From Octopus sinensis (Eukaryota): a stretch of DNA of 64,000 nt. The DNA lies in NCBI RefSeq assembly GCF_006345805.1, contig NC_042998.1, positions 163,246,001 to 163,310,000 of the forward strand. Direction: 5' to 3'. A program made the position numbers and the translations under genes. The stretch's first letter is position 1; the number at the start of each line of letters is the position of its first letter. The notes beneath the pieces were generated by a model. That model saw only the letters and a list, made by a program, of their open reading frames with translations. It was not told where the DNA came from and ran no database searches. Below, in pieces: positions 1 to 12,372 of the stretch.

Positions 1-335
1 CACATCTATGAGCCAATTGATCCTCAGCTCTCTTCAGTAACATGTCATCTCAAATAATCTCTGTGGCTTAATATCAGTCATGCTTCAGGTTTTCCCATCC
101 ATGCAATGCCAAGGAGTAGACCATGGATTTTTGTAGTTCCAGATTCATGCTTTTTTCTGAGAAAGCAGTGTCTTTATATCATCATGTCTGATCTTTCAGC
201 ATAAATTCTTGCTCTGATTTTCTGGCTACACTGAAACCCAGGAACCAAACTGTTGCCTTTTATGAAATCATTACTGCTGCTGATCGAGCAAGGGTACCAG
301 TGGTGCTCATCTTTAACTCCAAGATATTTCTGATG
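1..335 (-). mobile_element. Degenerate RTE-clade LINE fragment (RT C-terminal region)
   Basis: Minus-strand translation with stops and frameshifts gives CSQKIRARI and QRLFEMTCY*RELRINW, matching the RTE motifs CSxEIRxRI and FEMxCYRRxLRISW. Confidence 0.6.
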
Positions 336-740
336 ATGCAGGACTATGATCAAAATTATTCCAGCTGTGACCATCCCATTTTTCTCTATCTTAGGTGTAT
401 CTAGAACTACATTATTTAATCACCTTCTTTTTCATTTTTGGTTTTATCAAAATCTCATATGATGTATTTGGAGGGAAATTTGGCTTCCTTTTCTTGCAGC
501 TCAAGTAACTAAGTGGGGCATACTTATTGGTTTCTTACTAGTGTTGTTGTTGATGTTATTTCAGCTATTGTTGTTGTTGTTGCTGCTGTTGTTTATATGC
601 TGTAATTCTTCTCTTTCAAGTTCAAAATTCCTCCTTTGATGTCATCAGAGATCTGAAAAGTTGGTTTGTCAATTACTAGTTATATATCTTCAGGTTTTAT
701 TTCAAAATCATTCCTTCCAGAACCACCAACACTACCCATG

Positions 741-750
741 CACACACACA

Positions 751-804
<54 letters not shown>

Positions 805-812
805 CACACACA
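741..812. repeat. (CA)n microsatellite
   Basis: Direct reading. Confidence 0.97.
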
Positions 813-940
813 CATCCCCCTCCACAGTCCTACCCTCCACCCTGAACTAATGTCTCATTGCTCTTTTCATTTTTTTTTCCCATTTTTTTTTTCTTTTTGG
901 TGACTTTTCTTAAAATTTTTCTCTCCCACGTTAAGCTTAC

Positions 941-985
941 CCCAAGAGGGATCAGTTAGTTTTTGTTTAAGGTGCGATGGAAGTA
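941..985 (-). other. Candidate 45-nt phase 1-1 exon (xLPSHLKQKLTDPSW), host unknown
   Basis: Minus strand: long pyrimidine tract, then catctcag|exon|GGG-gtaagc; one open frame. No homology recognised. Confidence 0.2.
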
Positions 986-1022
986 CTGAGATGCTTTGAT
1001 AAAAGAACAAAAAAACCCAAAA

Positions 1023-1059
1023 AAACAACAACAACAACAACAATAATAACAACAACAAC

Positions 1060-1115
<56 letters not shown>
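1023..1115. repeat. (AAC)n/(AAT)n microsatellite
   Basis: Direct reading. Confidence 0.97.
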
Positions 1116-1384
1116 AACAGAAATACCGGTGGGGGTAGATATGTTGTTTTTGAAACACCACGCCATGTTTTTCTCTGAAATCTAGAGATAAGCCACAGAT
1201 GTTTAGAGCTGTCATCCAGCCCCTGTAATGCTATTCCAAAATCTTCTTAACACCACCAGTATGTACTGGTGTATGTCTATAGGGTTACTGAAACATAGAT
1301 AAGTGGACATAATTTAATACATTTAGATATACAGAAATAACACCATGGAAGTAGGCATATACACAGACTTAGACATTAGATATC

Positions 1385-1695
1385 ATATGTGTGTGCACAT
1401 ATACATTTGCATCCATGTGTGTGTATGTGTGTGTGTTGTGTGCGTTTGTATATACATAGATATGTATGTACACATATATACTTATGTATATATATACAAA
1501 TGTATAGGTATACAAAGAGAGGTGCATTTATATATAGTTATATCTATGTGCATGTGTGCATGCATATTTACACCTGGGTATATGTATGTATGTTTGTATA
1601 TGAAAGATACATGCATATACACATGCATGCACACACACACACATGCGCACATGCACACACATTTATGCATGTCTATATACATGTATGTACATGTA
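1385..1695. repeat. Degenerate (TA)/(TG)/(CA) compound microsatellite
   Basis: Direct reading. Confidence 0.85.
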
Positions 1696-1699
1696 ATGA

Positions 1700-1875
1700 G
1701 CAATCAAGTTCAATAAGCTGGAGATTTTCCCCAATTTCTACAGCATTTAAGCAACTCAGAGAGTGTGTGCTTTCAACTGACCAGGGTGCCAGCATTTTTG
1801 CAAGGTTAGCCTCCAGCTGCTGCTGTTCTTCATTTTCAGCAGATGAGCAGATTGGAGCAATGTGAAATGACTTGC
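1700..1875 (-). mobile_element. SINE family 3 fragment
   Basis: Shares cagatgagcagattggagcaatgtgaaatgacttgctcaag with 11330-11375 and 35380-35420. Confidence 0.6.
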
Positions 1876-2010
1876 TCAAGTACACAGCACCCACCCCATC
1901 CATGAATCAAGTCTGTAACCCAGTGGTCTTAGGCTCAACACCCTAACTATTAGGCCATACTGTAGTACTGACATAAACACCCACATGCAGGTAGATATAT
2001 ATATATATAT

Positions 2011-2370
2011 CGAAATCGAATTGAACCAGCCAGGATCCCTGGTCTGGTGGTACATAAAAAGCACTATCTGACTCGTGGCCGATGCCAGCGCCGCCTCCAC
2101 TGGCTTCCGTGCTGGTGGCACATAAAATACACCAATCCGAGCGTGGCCGTTGCCAGCCTCGCCTGGCACCTGTGCAGGTGGCACGTAAAAAGCACCCACT
2201 ACACTCACGGAGTGGTTGGCGTTAGGAAGGGCATCCAGCTGTAGAAACATTGCCAGATAAGACTGGAGCCTGGTGCAGCCTCCTGGCTTCCCAGATCCCC
2301 GGTCGAACCATCCAACCCATGCTAGCATGGAGAACGGACGTTAAACGATGACGATGATGATGATGATGAT
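2011..2370 (+). mobile_element. RTE 3'-UTR-only copy (3 minisatellite motifs, (GAT)n tail)
   Basis: Matches the 3' UTR of the RTE at 40560-41052; ends ggacgttaaacgatgacgatgatg. Confidence 0.9.
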
Positions 2371-2469
2371 ATATATATATATATGGATAGATAGATAGAT
2401 AGATAGACAAATAGGCAAACAGATAGTATGTAGATAGATTGTTAAATTTATCTACATACTATCTATCGA

Positions 2470-2937
2470 AATCAAATTCGATGACTGGCATCTGTGCTAG
2501 AGGAGCACTAAGTGTACCATATGAGTGAGATCATTGCCTGAGCAACAAGCTGGCCTCCATGCTGATGGCACGTAAACACCATTGGAGCGTGATTGTTACC
2601 TGTATTGCCTTACTAGCACTTGTGCTGGTGACACGTGAAAAAAACATTCGAGCGAGGTTGTTGCCAGTTCCGCAGGACTGGCTCCTGTGCAGGTGGCACA
2701 TAAAAAGCACCATTTGAGCATGGTCGTTGCCAGTACCGCTTGACTGGCCCTCGTGCCGGTGGCACATAAAAGCACCCACTACACTCTCGGAGTGGTTGGC
2801 GTTAGGAAGGGCATATAGCTGTAGAAACTCTGCCAGATCAGGCTGGAGTCTGGTGCGGCCATCTGGTTTGCCAGACCTCAGTCAAATCGTCCAACTCATG
2901 CTAGGATGGAAAGCAGACGTTAAACGATGATGATGAA
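2470..2937 (+). mobile_element. RTE-related 3'-UTR copy (4 or more minisatellite motifs)
   Basis: Same terminal block (gtggttggcgttaggaagggcat...gacgttaaacgatgatgatg); variant subfamily shared with 18570-18965. Confidence 0.85.
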
Positions 2938-3097
2938 TGTGTCTGCACACTCATCCTTGCAAACCCACACTAATTCAAGCATTAACACAGTAAAATGCAG
3001 AATCCACATAAGTAACAAACACACGCAAGTTCAAATACAAGCACTAATATTATAGATGTAGATAGATGTGTAATAATCATCATAAACATATAAATGA

Positions 3098-3380
3098 ATT
3101 CTGTTGTGTCTGGGGAAAGTAATTTTCTTTTTGTGCCTTATAATGTAACACACTCACCGGTAAAATTTCCACTTATTTCTTATTTTTATTTTCCTAAAAT
3201 TTTCATTGCGTCTTGCAACCTTTTCAGTAGTCTTGACTCAGTCAAGACTACTGAAAAGGTTGCAAGACGCAATGAAAATTTTAGGAAAATAAAAATAAGA
3301 AATAAGTGGAAATTTTACCGATGAGTGTGTTATATTATAAGGCACAAAAAGAAAATGACTCTCCCCACACACAACAGAAT
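3098..3380. mobile_element. Foldback (palindromic) MITE, 283 bp
   Basis: Arms of about 140 bp inverted about position 3239; 3158-3237 is the exact reverse complement of 3241-3320. A related arm occurs at 57935-58036. Confidence 0.9.
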
Positions 3381-4592
3381 ATACTTCAGTACATGAACTC
3401 ATATAAAGAATCTTGCAAACCAAATCCAAAAACGAAATATAAATGAATGCTTTGCTGAATAAAGTGAAATACTTGTTATATTTTTAACTATCAACCATTG
3501 TGCTAATGTTTACTTGTTTAAAATATTGTTCAGTAGAAAAATGATACAAGAAAATTTTCCAGAGATGCTCAAGGCAAAATTTTTAAATAAGCTATTAATT
3601 TGATAAATTGATTTAGTGTTTAAGCACTAAAAGTATGTCTGATGAATTTAAGACAAGATTAACATATGGTTAAACTCCAGTATATTATTACAATGCAATA
3701 GTCACAAGTGAGATAAATTTTTTCATCAAATTGTCTTGCTTATATCATATATATATATATGTAGGTCCCGGGTTGAGTCGGGGTTAACCACAGTAAATAA
3801 GGTACTCAATACATGGCAGAGTAAATTAATTTATTTTATAGAAGGAGCTTCTACAGGACTAGAACTGTTTCATTCAACAGCAACAGTGTTTTGAATTTCA
3901 TATTTCAGCTTTATTTCCTGATGAGATGGTTTCTCCATCACATTTGAATTGTATATTTTTATATATTTATAAATTGTAAAGAAGATTATGTTCATATTTT
4001 AATTATTGAAACAGCTGTAGAACTTATGGGGAAATTATGATACATCTAAATTTCTGTTTTATCACTACTCTAAATAAGCTCTTACAATATTGTATATTTT
4101 TTAAGATATATATGCAACAAGCATATTTGAACTCATAATAAAATTGCAGTTTTACTTTATCACTGTTTCGCGCACCTCCTCCATAATTTATCTATGGTAA
4201 GCCACCATATAATGCTGCCTGTCATCATATAATGAGTGGAAAAGCATAAGAGAGGTAATCTCTTAATTCATTTCTTGGCATCGTCTGCCTAGTGTCTGTG
4301 ACCAATGAAGAGATAACTACTCCAAAATGCTAACATCTCACAGTCTAGGTAGACGGTGCAGCTAGATGATCTAGGTGTATATACAACAAGTGAGATATAT
4401 CCTCCATGACAAAATGCAGTGAGTAGCTTGTTCCTCAGTTCGAACATGCATCAAGAATATTCGGACTGATAACAACATTGCAGTTTTACTTATCAGTGTT
4501 TAGCATTCCCCCTCTGCAATTGTAGTCTTCAAGAATAGTATTAGAATAAAAGAATCACAGAATCTGACAATCTGACAATAGATGCACATATG

Positions 4593-4652
4593 CATGCATG
4601 CACATACACAGACACACAGACACACACACACACACACACATACACACACACA

Positions 4653-4690
<38 letters not shown>
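4593..4690. repeat. (CA)n microsatellite
   Basis: Direct reading. Confidence 0.95.
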
Positions 4691-4763
4691 GTGGACTCCA
4701 ATTTGATTTCAAGGAAAGCCACTTTCCTAACACAAACAAATGTATGTAACAGGTTTGATATTA

Positions 4764-5337
4764 TTGAGTTGTCCGGAAAGTTCGTGCCAATTTTTAAAAG
4801 AAAGAAAAAGGTCAATAGATACATGCCATTACATTTTTAATCAACCAAATACGAAACATTTTGTTGCACAATGCGTTTCCATCTTTCCTTTAACTTGAAA
4901 ATACCCTCTTCCCAGAAATCAGGTGGTTTCATGGCAAAGAAATCATCAAGGAATCTTTTTATATCATCCAAGGAATTGAAATTTTTACCAGTAAGACTAT
5001 TCTACAGAAACCTGAATAAGTGGAAATCCGAAGGAGCAATATCTGGTGAATATGAAGTGGGGGGGGGGGGGGTAATATATCCCAGCTGAAATGCAGCAAT
5101 TTTTGTCTGGTTCCCAAAGTATCAAGTGCCAAAAATGAACTTTCTTATCTTCCATTTTAAAGGGTTACAGAATTAACGCAGATTATAGGAACATAAACGT
5201 TCTTCCACGAAAAGATAGCTTAAACTGTGCTCTAAATGGAGGTGTAGTCAAATCCTATTTTATGGACTCAACCATGTTCTAAAATAAGTCGAAAGGTAAG
5301 CTACTATAAATTGGCACAAGCTTTCCGGACAACCCAG
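4764..5337 (-). mobile_element. Internally deleted mariner element with both TIRs and TA TSD
   Basis: TIRs ttgagttgtccggaaagttcgtgccaattt / aaattggcacaagctttccggacaacccag, TA on both sides. Minus strand keeps the transposase N-terminus (MEDKKVHFWHLILWE) and C-terminus (LDDFFAMKPPDFWEEGIFKLKERWKRIVQQNVSYLVD*). Confidence 0.92.
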
Positions 5338-6029
5338 TACTTCTGTCATGAGCTGACACATGATTATCTGGTCTTGATTTTATCTAATGTTTTGTGACAA
5401 ATGTAAAAAGTGTAATTGTGTCAGGATTCATACCAACAGTAACTCAGCTCTTTTGAAAAGTAGATTTTTAGCCCAGCGCTAGATGAATGCACCATTGGAC
5501 AACAAGACCACCATTTCCCTGCTGAGGCCATTGGGGCTGTATGCATATAAGCATTCCATGTTGGGTCCAGATACGAGGCCTTTCATCAATATCAAGTCCA
5601 CCTTTTGAAAGTATTATTGTGCAGGCAAGATTACCTCAAGACCCTCAACCATGCAAAAAACCCTGCATTTTTTGGATATACCTTTCACCATTTGATAGAC
5701 AATTCAAATGTTTTCATGTTTCAGGTTATTCTCTCTAGTTATAGACCTCCATTTACTTCTGTTCTGTGCAAGATGTTCACAATGAACAAGTGCTAATGTC
5801 CAAGGACAAGATTGCTTTTTCCAATGTCATGAGATCTCTCATTTTGTTTGTACTCAAGACACCTGCAAGGAACTAATTCTCTACAAAGAAATTGCTTCAG
5901 TAGCCTCAAAATCATTAAGATCGATAGTGAATCAGACATTCTTATATAAAAAGCTAATGAGGCAAGCATCCATACTGAAAATGTTAACTATTTTCTATAT
6001 TTTTATATCAGGTGTAAAAGATTTATAAC

Positions 6030-6480
6030 TAACATTCAATTTATGGCTAGACACTTTTGATGAAATTTATCAAGAATTCTGACACACTTTTGAACCAAAC
6101 TCCATTTCTTGGATGAATGTAGTAGGGATTTGGTGACACAAGTATTGTAGATGCAAAGCTTGGAGGACAGTTTCTTAGGTATTCCAAAACAAAATGAAAT
6201 ATTTTCAATCCTTGAGTTGATTTCAGAATTTAGGTGTCTGTCATTGGAGACAAAGCTGCCATGATATACAAGAGAATCCACTACATCAAGCTTGGTTCCT
6301 TGGGCAAGTATATCTACTTCCACATACATCTCTCCTTAAACATGTGTAAACATCACTTTAGTTTTTCTTCAGGTTCATTTTGAGTTGAAAAGCAGTAAAG
6401 GCAGTGGGGAAGAGATTCGTTATTTTCCAAATATCTTGTTCCAACAAAAGATTCCTGGTTCTTGTCTTTGCTTCCACATA
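6030..6480 (-). mobile_element. Degenerate RTE-BovB-like LINE fragment
   Basis: ORF 6036..6329 (LDVVDSLVYHGS...NSEINSRI...YNTCVTKSLLHSSKKW...LDKFHQKCL) matches RTE LEVVDxFxYLGS...EINSRI...YxxCVxxxLLYxSExW...LExFHQRCL. Confidence 0.8.
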
Positions 6481-6885
6481 TGGATTTATTTAATGTCTAA
6501 TATTTTGACTAATTCAACTATCAGAATAAGGTTAGCAGCATAGATAGGTAACTACAAAGAACATAGTATGTGGAAGGAAAAACTAGAATATGGTATAATC
6601 CACCATATTCAATAAACGTAAATACATGAATAGTGAAAATTCATTTTCACTTCAGTATAGGTAAATCTTTACACCAATCTTGCTGAAGAGGAGCTACTCA
6701 ACAGAAACAATTTTCACCAATAACTTTAACCTAGCCTTCAATAATAATAAAATAATGAAGAATCCTGACCACAATACAACTAATAAAACCATATATTCAA
6801 CCTCCAGTCTCAAAATATATGCAATGTAAAGGGAAATTGCCTGGAAAAAACTCAACCATGTATACAACCACAGTCATATCTAACA

Positions 6886-7307
6886 CTAGCAGTATCACCC
6901 AGCGTTGCTCGGGTTTGTAAGGGAAATAACTATATAAGCATTTTTAGAGATGTAAAGTATAATATAAGCATTTTTAGAGATGTAAAGTATAATCTCAATA
7001 TGGCTAACCACAAAGAGGGGGGGTGTTACTGTAGCTTTTTACGTTCTGAGATTTAATAATAAATTTTTAGAGAGTTACTTCCCTTATATATGCCAAAAAT
7101 GCATTAAAATTGGGAAAAATTGATGGTAATTTTTTTTTTAAATCGTAGACTCATCATAGACGTGTGCTAATACCCAGAAGGGCTCGATATAAATCACGAC
7201 TATAAGATACCCGCTTTTGGTTAAACTGCACCGCAAAATGTGGGAGTAGTTAGGAATCTAAATCGCAGGAGACAGACAGCACACAACCTTACTTTTATAT
7301 ATTAAGA
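6886..7307 (-). mobile_element. Non-autonomous Helitron (copy C)
   Basis: On the minus strand A|TC...CTAG|T termini, subterminal hairpin cccgagcaacgctggg; homologous to 32725-33116. Carries a ~30-bp internal tandem duplication at 6933-6992. Confidence 0.9.
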
Positions 7308-8169
7308 TTAACTCAAGCAGAATTAATTGTTAACAAATTTAAGGACACACTCTATCAACATAATTACTTATTTGGAACATTACAAAGACATTGGGCACAA
7401 AACTATCAACACATATTTTGTTTTTGTTTGTTTTCTTTCAATATACACCCATTCATTAAATGATGACTCGTAAACAAAGCTTGAAACTAGACACGATCAA
7501 ATGCTTTTCGCATCCTTTGTAGCATGGAAAAGCTATCAATACTGAAACATCAAACCAAAATATTGATTAAGCCCACAGAATTAATCATGTCTTGCCCTTC
7601 CATGTGTAGGTATGTACTTAAAACATATAACAAGATCCCATAGGAGTGATATGAAATCCTAATTAATATATTTCCTTTTCATTTTCTCTTTTCTCTCAAA
7701 AGATTATTTCGTCCCAAATTAGTAATAATGTTAGAGTGACCTCCTATACACAGAAATCTCTTGTGGCTTTCCAAAACAAATGAATATGCATTAATTCAAT
7801 AAACCAGAATATCCCCCACACCCACTAATATATTTCATTTTTAAAAATCCACAATGGAAATAATCTTTTCTTTAATAAATTCACATGACTACTGCCTTGT
7901 CATCCCAACAGACATAAATGTACACATGATAATATCCCTGCAGGCACACTGGCACCCTTGGAAATTCATACTCGCTTATAAACATGAAACATTTAATACA
8001 TAGACTCTTGCACACACACATGCATTAAACAGCTCGACCGAACACAGAGGCACATTATCATACACATGCAGATGCGCCAATAGGCATGTACGCAAAAATA
8101 CTCATCAAAACATTGAAATGAATACACAGCCACATCATAAACATAGCAGAAAACTGAGAGAAGCCTGTT

Positions 8170-8370
8170 GTGAGTGTGTGTGTTTGTTCCCCACCAACAC
8201 TCGGCAACCAGTCCAGGTGTGTTTATGCCCCTGCAACTTAGCAGTTTTAAAAGAGATCAATAGAATAACTACCGAGCTTTAAGAAAGAATAAGTACTGGG
8301 ATTGATTCACTCAACTAAAATTCTCCAAGATGGTACCCCAGTATGTAAAAGATAGAAGGTAAAAGATACA
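8170..8370 (+). mobile_element. SINE family 1, 3' half
   Basis: Matches the tail of the 11787-12212 copy. Confidence 0.7.
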
Positions 8371-8387
8371 CACACACACACACATAT

Positions 8388-8587
8388 CATCATCATCATC
8401 ATCCTCATCATCATTGTTTAACGCCCGTTTCCCATGCTAGCATGGGTTGGACAGTTTAACCGGGGGTCTGGGAAGCCAGGAGGCTGTGCCAGGCTCCAGT
8501 CTGATCTGGCAGTGTTTCTACAGCTGGATGCCCTTCCTAATGCCAACCACTCCGTGAGTGTAGTGGGTGCTTTTTACGTGTCACCAC

Positions 8588-8590
<3 letters not shown>
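8388..8590 (-). mobile_element. RTE 3' tail copy
   Basis: (CAT)n followed by the reverse complement of the RTE terminal block. Confidence 0.9.
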
Positions 8591-8621
<31 letters not shown>

Positions 8622-8899
8622 TTCTAAGTGTTGGGTATGTTCCTAGCAGTACACTGATAAAGCATGTACACTGCCTATGGCTACCTGACATCATCCACAG
8701 TAATTACACAATTGTCACGGGATCTACCTCAGGAATTCCTGTGTACATTGATTCCTACCCAATGGCATATACCTACTGTCACTAACAACATGCTGTATTA
8801 AATCTGAGTGAAACAAAGTTCATTTAATGAGATGCCTCTTATTACATCATCTGACACAATGCTTCTGCACTGAGTGTGTTTATATATCTTTTATCTTAT

Positions 8900-9104
8900 A
8901 CTTGTTTCAGTTATTTGACTATGGTAATGCTGCAGCACCACCTTTAGACGAGCAAATTGAGCCCAGGAATTTTTTATTTGGAAGCCTAGTACTTATTCTG
9001 TCAGTCTCTTTTGCTGAACCACTAAGTTACGGGGACGCAAACACACCACCATCGGTTGTCAAGTGATGTTGGGGGGACAAACACAGACACACAAACATAC
9101 ACAT

Positions 9105-9145
<41 letters not shown>

Positions 9146-9296
9146 TAATTAGAGATAAAACCACTATTAGGCAAATCATACAATGAAAAACTTAAGCCAA
9201 TACATAAGATTAATTAATTTATATTATTTTAAATATATATCAAAATTATTAAAAAAAGATAATTAGTATAACACATTATTCCCTAATATTTTATTG

Positions 9297-9330
<34 letters not shown>

Positions 9331-9510
9331 TATATGACGGGCTTCTTTCAGTTTCTGTCTACCAAATCCACTCACAAGGCTTTGGTCAGCCCGAGGCTAT
9401 TGTAGAAGACAAGTTGCCACACAATGGGACACCTATATGTATGTATATATACATATGCATATATATGGTTGGTACGCAAGCTAATTACCATACGGCCACT
9501 CCTACACCTA
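8900..9510 (-). mobile_element. SINE family 1 copy fragmented by (TA)n and an insert
   Basis: Tail at 8900-9100, body at 9335-9430, tRNA-like head remnant at 9470-9510. Confidence 0.75.
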
Positions 9511-10049
9511 TATGTATGTATATATAAATATGCATATATACATATATGTATGTATATATACACACATAAATATTGTTTTAGATGTTTTAAAAAATGTCAT
9601 TATTGAAAAGTAAATGAATATTCAACGTCATTAAAATGATACACCATAAGTGTAAATCTGTCCGATTGTCTGGGCATGCCCAGTACAACAGTTCAGGATG
9701 CTTCCAAAGACTGACAGTATGGACAGTAAGAAAGTAAGCCAAGTTAGCTGGGAATTCTTGAACCAGGGGAGTAAACAGTGAGACACTTTTAGTGAGGTTT
9801 AATGAATGAAGTTGGGAGGAGGGGGGGAAACTGGTAGGAGTTGAGGAGGTATAAAGCAAAGATAGAGAAAAAGAGAAAGAGAGAGAGAGGGGGGAGAAAG
9901 GAAGGTAAGATGTGTGTTAAATAGTTAAATAGCTCAACTGATCTCCACTGACCTCCGTCGTAAACTAGTTTTATGCCAAAGGGATTTTGAATCACTTTAT
10001 TTGTAATAAATAGGTGTATAAGTATGTGTGTGTGAGTTCATGTTTAGCC

Positions 10050-10365
10050 CAGTGGCTCTCAACCAGGGTTCATATGACTCCTAAGAGTCCATATAAGATT
10101 TTGGGGAGTTCACACAACAAAGTAGTAAATTGAAGATCCACAATAGTATTTTAAGGGCTGGTATGTATTGAGAAAAACAGTTAGTTTCTTTCTCTAACAT
10201 TTTACATAGTTCAACCAACATAATGTGTGAAGAACAAAGTAGGAATTTTGAAAGACATTTCTATAAAACAAGTCTTAAAATATTGAATGACTATGGGGTT
10301 CCACCATAACAGAATAGTAATTATAGGTGCCCATGGTCAATTTTAAAAATGATTGAGCATCACTG
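10050..10365. mobile_element. hAT (Charlie-like) MITE
   Basis: Termini cagtggctctcaac...gattgagcatcactg; degenerate 8-bp flanks gtttagcc/gtttacag; same family as 41848-43181. Confidence 0.75.
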
Positions 10366-10478
10366 GTTTACAGCATAAACATTTGGAAACCTCATGTGAC
10401 ATGAAATAACTTCTAATGATTGAACTCAAGTAAATTAACACTTTAGCATTCAGATTACTTTCTCAAATGTTATGCTTA

Positions 10479-10643
10479 CCGTAAATCCTTGAGTATAGTC
10501 CGCCTTTGAGTATATAATACGCAAGGGATTTTTAGGGGGCTGTACCTCAGAAAACCCTAAACCTTGTGTATAATACGCACCCCTCCTCTAACTTGAGTCA
10601 AGGAGGGCTATATAACGTCCTTGGTTTGTAAAACTGTATACGG
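10479..10643. mobile_element. Short pogo/Tigger-like MITE remnant
   Basis: TA|ccgta...tacgg|TA ends, with internal tataatacgca repeats typical of these subterminal regions; TIR match is only about 5 bp. Confidence 0.4.
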
Positions 10644-11024
10644 TAACATACCTTATTATTATTGTATATATAACATAATGCAAATGTGTAGCTTTTTCGT
10701 GCATTTTGTTTGCAGAAAATAAAGAAATAACAGTAATAACTAATAACTGCTGCTTACTGCAAGTTATGGATGATTCTTTTATGACTTCATTGCTTTCAGG
10801 CTTAGCTTAAGGTATTTTTGCACCCAACATTACAAAATGCATCTGAATAAAAATTGCCAGACAGCAAATAGAGACTTGGACATTGCTTAGAAAATATTTT
10901 TCATTTTTAACCTTGTATATAGTACACACTAGGAATTTTGGGAAAAAAATGCAGATTATACTCGAGGATTTATGGTATTTATTCAGATTGTTTAGAATTA
11001 GGCATGTATAATTTTGTAGCTTCC

Positions 11025-11465
11025 AAATTTTGAATGATGCCATTGTATATCTCTAGAGTGAGAGAAAGTTGGGGCGAAAGAGTACAACAGGGGTCACCAC
11101 CACCCCCTGCCAGAGCCTCGTGGAGCTCTAGGTGTTTTCGCTCAATAAAAACACACAACTGGGAATCGAAACCACGCTCCTCCGACTGCAAGTCCACTGC
11201 CCTAGCCACTGGGCCATTGCGCCTCCAAAGCCTAGCCAGGCTCATGGGCCCAGTTTCCCAGTTTCTATGGTGTATGTGTTGCCCAGCTGGATGGGACACC
11301 AGTCTATTGCAACGTTACTCATCTTTGCCAGCTGAGTGGATTGGAGCAACGTGAAATGAAGTGTTTTGCTCAAGAACATAACACATCACCCAGTCCAGGA
11401 ATCGAAACCACAATCTTACAATCATGGTGCTGACACCCTAACCACTAAGCCACGTGCCTCCCACA
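11025..11465 (-). mobile_element. SINE family 3: two adjacent tRNA-headed copies/fragments
   Basis: Minus strand A-box tggcccagtggctagg and B-box ggtttcgattccc at 11160-11230; second head ending at 11460; homologous to 45040-45240. Confidence 0.8.
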
Positions 11466-11786
11466 TGTAAATATTATGCATAGAAGAAATCAAATTCTGC
11501 TCATGGGACTTGTAGACATGACAGTCGTTCTACCATTGAACCAAAGTAATTCAAAATTTTCTATCCATTTTAGAAACTTAGTTCTTACTGTGTGAATTGT
11601 ATGTTGTCTATGTCATGGGAATTTAGAAACTTCTAGATGTGAATCCCATAAGCAGCCTTTGACTTTTTCTATTGAAAGGGGTTTTTTAATCCTGTATCTA
11701 CCATGCTATTATTTATAGCTTTATCTACTTTGAGTTCAACCATTAAAAACAAACAAAATTATTATTATTTTTTTTTTAACTAATAG

Positions 11787-12212
11787 GGCACAGGTATAGT
11801 TGTGTGGTAAGGAGCTTGCTTCCTAACCACATCGTTTCAGATTCAGTCCCACTGTGTGGCACCTTGGATAAGTGTCTTTTACTATAGCCTCAGGCAGACT
11901 AAAACCTTGTGAGTGGATTTGGTAGATGGAAACTGAAAGAAGCCTTTGAATATATAGATGTGTATGTGTGTGTGTGCGTGTGTGTGTGTGTCTTTGTGTA
12001 TGTGTTTTTCCACTGCCACTGCTTGACAACCAGTGTTGCTGTGTTTATGTCCCTGTGACTTAGCGCTTTGGCTAAAGAAACTGATAGAATAAGTACCAGA
12101 CTTTACAAAAGATAATAAGTACTAGGGTTGCTAAGTTCAACTGCAATTCTTCAAGGCAGTGTCCCAGCATGGCCACAGTCTAATGGTTGAAACAAATAAA
12201 GAATAAAAGATA
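11787..12212 (+). mobile_element. SINE family 1 (tRNA head, CORE-like ggcaccttgggcaagtg box, internal (TG)n)
   Basis: Full head-to-tail copy; tail cagtctaatggttgaaacaaataaagaataaaag. Resembles described octopus tRNA-derived SINEs; exact family name not assigned. Confidence 0.88.
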
Positions 12213-12291
12213 AATACATCAATTCTGCATTTATGCATTGAATACGTAGCTTAAAATGTGGCAAGAATTCCTTGTTTTTTCTTTAAACGGA

Positions 12292-12300
12292 ACACACATA

Positions 12301-12348
<48 letters not shown>

Positions 12349-12372
12349 TCTGCATGCACACACACACACACT
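12292..12372. repeat. (CA)n microsatellite
   Basis: Direct reading. Confidence 0.95.

Noticed and set aside
3765-3885. Second hammerhead / PLE end (minus strand gaaacagttc)
   Set aside because: Only a GAAA half is present, with no CUGANGA upstream; nearby ctgatgag at 3915 is on the other strand and lacks stem II closure.
9698-9735. MLPKTDSMDSKK followed by gtaagc as a first coding exon
   Set aside because: Weak donor context and no promoter or homology support.
11160-11235. tRNA genes at SINE heads (also 15590, 16576, 45170, 48992)
   Set aside because: A/B boxes are present, but there is no complete cloverleaf or acceptor stem and each continues into a SINE body.
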